DNA of 35,961 bases, taken from the NCBI GenBank assembly GCA_944359025.1, contig CALVSM010000003.1:1-35961 (forward strand). The letters are read 5' to 3'. The position numbers and the translations under genes are program-made. Below the pieces are notes generated by a model that was not told where the DNA came from, did no database searches, and saw nothing but the letters and a program-made list of their open reading frames with translations. Positions 9,541-16,131 of the stretch are shown here, piece by piece. Position 1 is the first letter of the stretch. Each line of letters starts with the position of its first letter. The DNA comes from an uncultured Bacilli bacterium (GTDB lineage Bacteria > Bacillota_I > Bacilli_A > RF39 > UBA660).

Positions 9541-9569
9541 ATTTTAGCACATTTAAGCCTTTTTGTCAA
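9541..9569 (-). promoter_or_regulatory. Strong sigma-A promoter for rplU-prp-rpmA
   Basis: TTGACA (9569-9564), N17, TGcTAAAAT extended -10, overlapping the end of spoIVFB. Confidence 0.85.
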
Positions 9570-10281
9570 ACAACTTTTTCATAATTTCCCTTTCAGTAAA
9601 ATAGCTATTACCAATTTTAAAAACATGTTTAGTTTGTTTTTGCATTTTTTGAATATTTTTTATTATTTTTTCTTTTTTATAGTTTGGATAATATAAATAT
9701 CTTTCTAATAAAAAACGGTTAAAATAATAATTATGTTTTTTTATTTCTTTAATTAATTTTAAAATAATAAAAAATAAAATTAAATAAAACAATAAATTAT
9801 ATTTTATATTAAAAATTAAAATTATTAAAGTTAAAAAAGAAATATATAAGGTTAAACAATGACTAAATTTAAAAGAAAATAATTTATTAAAGATAATATT
9901 AATAATTTTACTACCATCTAAAGGATATATAGGCAATAAATTAAAAAACAAAATTAATAAATTATATTGTTTAAAAACTAAATTATTAGAAAATAATAAA
10001 CAAAATACCATTTGAAATAAAGGACCTAATATAGCAATAATAAATTCTTCTTTTAAAGATTTATCAATTTTTTCTTTAAAGATAGTTATTCCCCCAAAAG
10101 GTAATAAAATAATTTTTTCAATTCGCCATTTGAAAATAAGGGCACCGACAATGTGACCTAATTCGTGAATAACAATAATCGCACTAAAAATAATAAAATT
10201 TTTAAAGTTAGCGGTTATAAAACAAACAAAAGCAACCAAATAAAATAAAAAATGAGTTTTAAATATATTTTTGGTAATCAA
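9553..10281 (-). CDS. spoIVFB: SpoIVFB-like M50 intramembrane metalloprotease
   Basis: HELGH, LPFGG, AILGP, NLLPIYPLDG, FLLERY. Synteny spoIVFA-spoIVFB-rplU as in Bacillus. Confidence 0.85.
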   Translation of the reverse strand: MITKNIFKTHFLFYLVAFVCFITANFKNFIIFSAIIVIHELGHIVGALIFKWRIEKIILLPFGGITIFKEKIDKSLKEEFIIAILGPLFQMVFCLLFSNNLVFKQYNLLILFFNLLPIYPLDGSKIINIIFNKLFSFKFSHCLTLYISFLTLIILIFNIKYNLLFYLILFFIILKLIKEIKKHNYYFNRFLLERYLYYPNYKKEKIIKNIQKMQKQTKHVFKIGNSYFTEREIMKKLFDKKA

Positions 10282-10789
10282 CTATTTCACCGTTTTCACT
10301 AAAAACTAAATATAGTTTATCATCGACACTTCCAATTAAATTACCTTCTTTTATGTAATCATAAAGTTGTAAATTGATCTCTTTTAAATTGGAATACCAT
10401 ACATCAACACCGTTTTCTTGCTGTATTATAACAGTTTTACCATACCCTTCTTTTTCCCCAATAAAAATAACGATACCATTATCCAAGGAAGGTACTAAAT
10501 AATCATACCCAACAGTTAAAGCTACACCATTCTTATAAATATTAGCTGCACTATAATTTAACTGTTCTTTAAAAACAGGGGAAGTTTCTTCTAAATATTC
10601 ACTAAAAGGTAAAGTAGAACCAAATTTAGATTTATACCAATTATTTATTTTAGCAAATGAAATATTATCCTCATAAACATATTTATAAAATATTATTTTA
10701 AACGGCTCATTGTTTTTTAAAACAAACAAAGTTATCATTGTCAATATTACTAAAATTAAAAATTTTAAAGCGGTTGTTTTTTTTATCAT
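10259..10789 (-). CDS. spoIVFA: SpoIVFA-like membrane protein with degenerate M23 domain
   Basis: N-terminal TM, WYKSKFG, GIVIFIGEKEGYGKTVIIQQ...WYSNL (no HxH Zn motif). Directly upstream of spoIVFB. Confidence 0.75.
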   Translation of the reverse strand: MIKKTTALKFLILVILTMITLFVLKNNEPFKIIFYKYVYEDNISFAKINNWYKSKFGSTLPFSEYLEETSPVFKEQLNYSAANIYKNGVALTVGYDYLVPSLDNGIVIFIGEKEGYGKTVIIQQENGVDVWYSNLKEINLQLYDYIKEGNLIGSVDDKLYLVFSENGEIVDYQKYI

Positions 10790-10813
10790 TATCTCACCTT
10801 TAACATTATATGA

Positions 10814-10840
10814 AGAAAAAAACCAAATAATTAATTTGGC
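10814..10840 (-). terminator. Intrinsic terminator after the rnfD-G fusion
   Basis: - strand CCAAAT-taatt-ATTTGG followed by TTTTTTT, overlapping the stop codon. Confidence 0.6.
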
Positions 10841-12216
10841 TTATAATCTTCTAAAACATTACTAACTAACTTTTTTAAAGCTGTACTTGTTACAGTTGCG
10901 CTACTTACAGTATCTAGATTATCTAAATTATCTTGATTATCGATCAATTGGTTAATATAATTACTGTCTAAAACTAATTGATATCGATTAGGGGTTTCGT
11001 GTTGGGATGTTATCTCAATTCCCGTAATACGGTCATTCTCAATAATAACTTGAGCTTTTATTCTACCACCATAACCTTTTTGGGCTACATTATAAATTGT
11101 TTGATTACCGATTTTTTCTTTGCTTTCAATATCAAAATCAGGATCAGTTACCCCATCGGTTTTATTAGTTATAGCTAAAGCAATCGTTAAAATAATAATT
11201 ATTAACCAAGCTATAACAAACCAAATAATCGATTTTAATAAATTAAATCTCGCGCTCATACCAACTTTATCTAAAACAAATACTAACATGTTAACAATTA
11301 AAATACTAAAAGCAACACCTTCAACCCCAGTAAATCTAAATATTACCGTAATAATACCTAATAATATACCTTGTAATACTTGGCCAATTGGCGTAACACA
11401 ACTAGTTACAGGATCGGTTGCCATAAATACCGCCCCAAACATCAAGCCACCGCTTAAAATATGAAACAATGGATAGTATAAATCTTGGCCTAACATTCTA
11501 CCAACACCTAAAGTAATAACAAATACCGTGGTGATGTAAGCTAAAGGTATTTTCCACTTAATGCTTCTTGTCGCACATAAATAAATATACGAAATTATAC
11601 ACAATAAAGCACTTGTTTCCGCTAAACTACCAGGAATAGTACCGATTAAAAAATTAGATAAATCACCATAAGGTTCAACTAATTCTTCATAGCTACCAAT
11701 ACCTGATACCATCGAATTATTAGTTAAAGGGGTCGAACTAGATATAGTATCTAATTCATAAGCATTAAAATAATTATCCGTCGTTAAAATACTTGAAAAA
11801 ATTAAAATAATAAATAAATAACCGACTAAGGCAGGATTAAAAATATTTTTTCCAAAACCACCAAAAATCAATTTACTTACACTAGCTACGATACTGCCGA
11901 TAACAATAACATAAATCGGTGTATGTAAAGGTAAAATTAAAGCTAAAAACATTCCTGGGAAAAAGGCATAAGCTCCTTTTATATAGTTCTTTTTCTTAAA
12001 AATTAAAGCATATATACTTTCAATAACTAAAGAAGTCAAAGCACCAATTAAAATATTAATTAACGGGTTAAACATTTCAATAAAGCTAATTAAGCCTTTA
12101 CTGTAAGGAATATATCCGTTTTTATAAATAGAAAAGATAACAATTGGTAATAAAGCGATTATTAAATGTAACATTATTTTATTGGTACTATGTTTACTTC
12201 TAATAAATGGACCCAT
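10831..12216 (-). CDS. RnfD/NqrB-family membrane subunit fused to a C-terminal FMN-binding (RnfG-like) domain
   Basis: RnfD motifs FGGFGKNIFNPALVG, DTISSSTPL, GSLAETS, GGLMFGAVFMATDPVTS, EGVAFSIL. Then an extra TM helix and KGYGGRI...ETP...DTVSSATVTS (FMN_bind flavinylation motif). Confidence 0.88.
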   Translation of the reverse strand: MGPFIRSKHSTNKIMLHLIIALLPIVIFSIYKNGYIPYSKGLISFIEMFNPLINILIGALTSLVIESIYALIFKKKNYIKGAYAFFPGMFLALILPLHTPIYVIVIGSIVASVSKLIFGGFGKNIFNPALVGYLFIILIFSSILTTDNYFNAYELDTISSSTPLTNNSMVSGIGSYEELVEPYGDLSNFLIGTIPGSLAETSALLCIISYIYLCATRSIKWKIPLAYITTVFVITLGVGRMLGQDLYYPLFHILSGGLMFGAVFMATDPVTSCVTPIGQVLQGILLGIITVIFRFTGVEGVAFSILIVNMLVFVLDKVGMSARFNLLKSIIWFVIAWLIIIILTIALAITNKTDGVTDPDFDIESKEKIGNQTIYNVAQKGYGGRIKAQVIIENDRITGIEITSQHETPNRYQLVLDSNYINQLIDNQDNLDNLDTVSSATVTSTALKKLVSNVLEDYKPN

Positions 12217-13463
12217 TATTTATCACCCCTTACTATATTTTTAGCTTCACTAACTCTTTCTCTTACAAATAATTTAGCAGGACATATATATGAACATAAA
12301 CCGCAACTAATACATTTTTCAGGATGATATGATTTAAGTTTTTTACTATCTTTGTTTTTTAATTTCATTATTAAAACAGGACTTAATTTAACAGGACAAA
12401 CACTAACACATTTACCACAATCGATACAAGCTGTTACTTTATCGATATTTTCCTTTAAAGCTAAAACACAATTTAAATTAGAAGAGATAACTAAATCATC
12501 GACTTTGGTTCCCATCATCGGACCGCCAGCTACAATAATACTATTTTCGTTTATTTTTAATTCTTCTAATACTTCTTGAACTGGTGTTCCGATTTTAACT
12601 AAAACATTAGCAGGATTTTTTAAGCCTTCGCCTGAAAAAGTTACAATTCTTTCAATCAATGGTTTATTATACTTTAAAGCTTCATATATTGCATAAATCG
12701 TCGAAACATTATTGACGATTATTCCTATTTCACTTGGATAATTAACATAATCTTTACCAGTAACTTGTTTAACTAAAGTTTTTTCCCACCCCATCGGATA
12801 AACATTAGGAACTAGTTTTATTTTTATTTTTAAATAAGTCCCGATAAAACTATCAAAAATTTGTTTTAAAGCAACATTTTCTTTTTTAATAGCTATGATA
12901 GCTTCTTTAATTTTATTTATCTCTAATATGGCATCGATCGTTTCTAATATTTCCTCACATTTAACTTTAGCTAAAGCGTAATCAGCCATAATATATGGTT
13001 CACATTCGACCGCATTTATAATTAAAGTATCGATATTTTTAGCTTCATACTTAACATAAGTTGGAAACCCAGCTCCACCCATACCGATAATACCATTTTC
13101 TTTTATTAATTCTAAAAATTCTTCTTTAGAATATTTATTAATTATTTTTTTAATATTTAGTTTATTTTCGATTTTTTCTTTAAAATCATTTTCGATAACG
13201 ACACATTTTACTTTATCGCCGTTATAACAAGTTCTTTCCTCAAAATCTAAAACCGTTCCACTGACACTAGCATGAATCGGTATACGAAAATCACCTTTTC
13301 TTTTAGCAATAATACTTCCTTTATAAACATATTCGCCTTTATTTACTAATATTGTAATATTTGTATCATTACCACTTATCAAAGGAATATATACTTTTTT
13401 AGGTTTATTATAAACAATTAATTCTTCTTTGGTTAATTTATGCTTATCAATTTTTACTTTCAT
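12216..13463 (-). CDS. rnfC: RnfC/RsxC electron transport subunit (NADH/FMN-binding, 2x[4Fe-4S])
   Basis: PIHASVSGTV, GIIGMGGAGFPT, ECEPY, YPMGWEK, GGPMMG, CIDCGKCVSVCP and CISCGLCSYICP. Confidence 0.93.
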   Translation of the reverse strand: MKVKIDKHKLTKEELIVYNKPKKVYIPLISGNDTNITILVNKGEYVYKGSIIAKRKGDFRIPIHASVSGTVLDFEERTCYNGDKVKCVVIENDFKEKIENKLNIKKIINKYSKEEFLELIKENGIIGMGGAGFPTYVKYEAKNIDTLIINAVECEPYIMADYALAKVKCEEILETIDAILEINKIKEAIIAIKKENVALKQIFDSFIGTYLKIKIKLVPNVYPMGWEKTLVKQVTGKDYVNYPSEIGIIVNNVSTIYAIYEALKYNKPLIERIVTFSGEGLKNPANVLVKIGTPVQEVLEELKINENSIIVAGGPMMGTKVDDLVISSNLNCVLALKENIDKVTACIDCGKCVSVCPVKLSPVLIMKLKNKDSKKLKSYHPEKCISCGLCSYICPAKLFVRERVSEAKNIVRGDK

Positions 13464-13499
13464 AATATTTCCCTTTCTATAATTGTTACCTTAAAAATA

Positions 13500-13528
13500 A
13501 TTATACTAGATTACTAATTAATTTTCAA
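13500..13528 (-). promoter_or_regulatory. Sigma-A promoter for rnfC
   Basis: TTGAAA (13528-13523), N17, TATAAT (13505-13500). Confidence 0.7.
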
Positions 13529-13531
13529 GCA

Positions 13532-13565
13532 AAATAAATTAACTATACTTAATTGTATAGTTAAT
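13532..13565 (-). terminator. Intrinsic terminator after pgsA
   Basis: ATTAACTATAC-aattaa-GTATAGTTAAT 11-bp hairpin followed by TTATTTT on the - strand. Confidence 0.7.
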
Positions 13566-14151
13566 CAAATAAAACTTTTTTATTTTGTTGATAATATTGG
13601 ATACCTGAATAAACTGATAAAACAGTTGCAATAATAAGTAATACATCAGATACTTTAATGTTAATAAGTTCAAAAGGTAAATTGTTAAATAAGGTTAAAG
13701 CTATTCCTAACATCATAAAAATTGTTTTAACTTTACCAGATAAAATAGCAGCTACCACTTCTTTTTTAGCGCCGACAATCATTTTAATAATGTCAACTAC
13801 GGTATCACGAGTTACAACGATAACAGGAATAATCGGATGAATTAACCCTTGACTAGCTAGTATAATTAAAACCGAATTAACTAAAAATTTATCAGCTATC
13901 GCATCTAACATTTTACCTAAATCGGTTACCATTTTATATTTTCTAGCTATATAACCATCGATAAAATCTGTTAAAGAAGCAATTATAAATAAAGCACCAG
14001 CAATAAAATATTTAATATCGACAACCATAGCCTCATTAATGAATAATTTAGTAGCATTTAAACCAACAGCATCAAAAGGAAATAGTAAGATAGTTACAAT
14101 TAAAACTGTTAAAAAGATTCTAATTAAAGTTACCTTGTTGGGCAAATTCAT
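13561..14151 (-). CDS. pgsA: CDP-diacylglycerol--glycerol-3-phosphate 3-phosphatidyltransferase
   Basis: MNLPNKVTLIRI, TDFIDGYIARK...GKMLDAIADK (CDP-alcohol phosphotransferase motif). Confidence 0.96.
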   Translation of the reverse strand: MNLPNKVTLIRIFLTVLIVTILLFPFDAVGLNATKLFINEAMVVDIKYFIAGALFIIASLTDFIDGYIARKYKMVTDLGKMLDAIADKFLVNSVLIILASQGLIHPIIPVIVVTRDTVVDIIKMIVGAKKEVVAAILSGKVKTIFMMLGIALTLFNNLPFELINIKVSDVLLIIATVLSVYSGIQYYQQNKKVLFD

Positions 14152-14611
14152 ATCTTACACCTCCTAATAAATTTTCCTCATTTTCATCGTCATCAGTTAA
14201 AATAGTATATAGAAGAAAAGCGATTGTTATCAATAAAACAACGATAGCAATATAGATAAAATTTTGATAAACTTTTTCTCTTTTTCTTTCAACTGTATAA
14301 GGAGATTTTATTTTATTCTCTTCTTTTTTATTTTTTACTTCACTTTTGATATCTTCAAGGGATAATTTAGAAGTGTAATCGAATAAATATTCATTAAAAT
14401 CATCGACGATTTCTTCTTTATCTAATCCTAAGTATTTAGCATAATCACGAATAAAATATTTTAAATTAAAAACATCTTGAAAAGATTCAACATTACCATT
14501 TTCAATAGCTATTATCTGTTCGGGAGTAATTTTTAAATCTTCGCTAGCTTCTTCGATAGAAACACCGATGCTTTCTCTAGCCGTTTTTAACTTTTCACCT
14601 ATTTCTTTCAT
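14120..14611 (-). CDS. RodZ/YmfM-like HTH membrane protein (short)
   Basis: IGEKLKTARES...IAIENG...YAKYLGLD (HTH_25), single TM, immediately upstream of pgsA as for ymfM/rodZ. Confidence 0.8.
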   Translation of the reverse strand: MKEIGEKLKTARESIGVSIEEASEDLKITPEQIIAIENGNVESFQDVFNLKYFIRDYAKYLGLDKEEIVDDFNEYLFDYTSKLSLEDIKSEVKNKKEENKIKSPYTVERKREKVYQNFIYIAIVVLLITIAFLLYTILTDDDENEENLLGGVRYEFAQQGNFN

Positions 14612-14637
14612 CTATTCACCTCAAAAACTAAAAAAAA

Positions 14638-14979
14638 TAATACTTATAAGCCATGTTCTGTCCTTTTTATAAAAGGGGCAAACATCTATCTACCAATACT
14701 GGTTCTAAAGCAAGTTACTAATTCCCTGCTTTAAACTCCCCTACCATAATTTGGGTTTCTTGCTTGTGGGGTTTACCGCGTTTCACTTTTCTATCACTAG
14801 AAATATCGTCTCTGTGGCACTTTATATCTAATTATACCCTTATAGGGTATTTTCGATGCCGTTAGGTTTTAAAACCTACCATAGGTTATTTTTTCCCTAT
14901 GCACAATCACTACTACCATTTCAGGATAGTGCAAGCATGGACTTTCCTCTACAAAAAATGCAGCGTTTGCCAAGTATTA
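14638..14979 (-). ncRNA. rnpB: RNase P RNA, bacterial type B
   Basis: - strand GAGGAAAGTCCATGCT, AGTGCCACAG, GAAACGCGGTAAACCCC and ACAGAACATGGCTTA conserved regions. P1 helix TAATACTTG/TAAGTATTA. Downstream of gpsB as in Bacillus. Confidence 0.97.
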
Positions 14980-15303
14980 TTCTTTACCATATATTATTTT
15001 TTCTAAATTAGACAATCTTTTTAAAACATCGACACTATTAGTTCCTTCACCATCAGCACTTTCTTTTAAAATATCTAATTTCATTTTTAAATTTCTAATT
15101 TCTTGTTTTAATTTTATATTATCATTAGTTAACTCTCTAATTTCATTGCTTAATTCTTTATTGATAGCCATAAATTCTTCGTAATCACGCATAATAACAT
15201 CTAAAAATTTATCGACTTCTTGAGGACGATATCCTCTTGTATCTAACTTAAACTCTTTTTCAAAAATATCTTTGACAGTAAGCATAATTCTATCTTGATA
15301 CAT
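14977..15303 (-). CDS. gpsB: Cell division regulator GpsB (DivIVA domain)
   Basis: LTVKDIFEKEFK...RGYRPQEVDKFLDVIMRDYE and C-terminal DVLKRLSNLEKIIYG. Confidence 0.93.
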   Translation of the reverse strand: MYQDRIMLTVKDIFEKEFKLDTRGYRPQEVDKFLDVIMRDYEEFMAINKELSNEIRELTNDNIKLKQEIRNLKMKLDILKESADGEGTNSVDVLKRLSNLEKIIYGKE

Positions 15304-15319
15304 AATACCACCCATATAA

Positions 15320-15349
15320 ATTATATAACATGAACGTCTTTTTTGTCAA
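15320..15349 (-). promoter_or_regulatory. Sigma-A promoter for gpsB(-rnpB)
   Basis: TTGACA (15349-15344), N18, TATAAT (15325-15320). Confidence 0.75.
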
Positions 15350-15356
15350 CTGAAAG

Positions 15357-15446
15357 TTATTTTCTAATATTTCTAAAATAAGTAGCTAATTTAATTGTTT
15401 TTACATCCTCTAACATCGAATTAAATATCGTTTCAATATGGTCCAT
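15357..15446 (-). CDS. Putative small protein, 29 aa (MDHIETIFNSMLEDVKTIKLATYFRNIRK)
   Basis: Manual translation. RBS-like GGGTGA 5 nt upstream of the ATG (alternative ATG at 15452). Fills the gpsB-recU gap. No recognisable family. Confidence 0.45.
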   Translation of the reverse strand: MDHIETIFNSMLEDVKTIKLATYFRNIRK

Positions 15447-15490
15447 CTTCATCACCCAATATTATTAAAACACAGTTTTTTTTAAGTTTC

Positions 15491-15522
15491 ATCTAATTCG
15501 ACAAAACTTGTCAAAATTAGAT
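15491..15522. promoter_or_regulatory. Imperfect inverted repeat containing two Spo0A-box-like heptamers
   Basis: ATCTAATTCGACA-aaact-TGTCAAAATTAGAT. TTCGACA (15497-15503) is the reverse complement of TGTCGAA, and TGTCAAA (15509-15515) has one mismatch. Confidence 0.45.
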
Positions 15523-15573
15523 TACTATCTTTTAAAAATTAGAAATATATAGTATAATAATAATGGTGAAATT

Positions 15574-16131
15574 ATGAATTATCCAAACGGAATAAAAAAA
15601 GCATTTAAAATAAATACCAGTAACCGTGGTATGACTTTAGAACAAGATTTAAACGATACTAATTTATTTTATCGTAATAACGATATTGCTATAATTTATA
15701 AAAAACCTACACCTATTACTATCAATAAGGTAGATTATAAATCAAGAAAAGATGCGGTTATTAAAGAAGCACATTTTATCGTTCCTTCTACTACAGATTA
15801 TAACGGTATTTATCAAGGTATGTATATCGATTTTGAGGCTAAAGAAACAAGAAAAAATTATTTTCCTTTAGCTAATATTCATAATCACCAAATCGAACAT
15901 TTACGAAAAATTAAAAAATGTGGAGGAATTGGTTTTATAATTGTTAGGTTTACATTGAAAAATCATACCTACTTACTAGAAATTGACAAATTGGATAAAT
16001 TTTTAGATAATAATAAGCGTAAATCTATTCCAGAAGAATATTTTATAAAAGAAGGATATTTAATCAAACAAGGATATAATCCTTATTTAGATTATTTAAA
16101 AATAGTTGATATTATAAGAGGTGAAAGATGA
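15574..16131 (+). CDS. recU: Holliday junction resolvase RecU
   Basis: NRGMTLE, KKPTP, STTDYNG, DFEAKET, HQIEHL; recU-ponA operon. Confidence 0.97.
   Translation: MNYPNGIKKAFKINTSNRGMTLEQDLNDTNLFYRNNDIAIIYKKPTPITINKVDYKSRKDAVIKEAHFIVPSTTDYNGIYQGMYIDFEAKETRKNYFPLANIHNHQIEHLRKIKKCGGIGFIIVRFTLKNHTYLLEIDKLDKFLDNNKRKSIPEEYFIKEGYLIKQGYNPYLDYLKIVDIIRGER

Noticed and set aside
9447-9569. N-terminal extensions given by the ORF track for rplU (and similarly nusA, rimP, gpmI, infB, ylxR, gpsB, dnaD)
   Set aside because: Downstream starts have proper Shine-Dalgarno sites and match family N-termini; the extensions run through leaders, promoters or upstream genes.
13483-13500. Possible Rex operator TTGTTACCTTAAAAATAA just downstream of the rnfC -10
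   Set aside because: Only the left half fits TTGTTAA-N4-TTAACAA. The match is too weak in AT-rich sequence, although the position is plausible.
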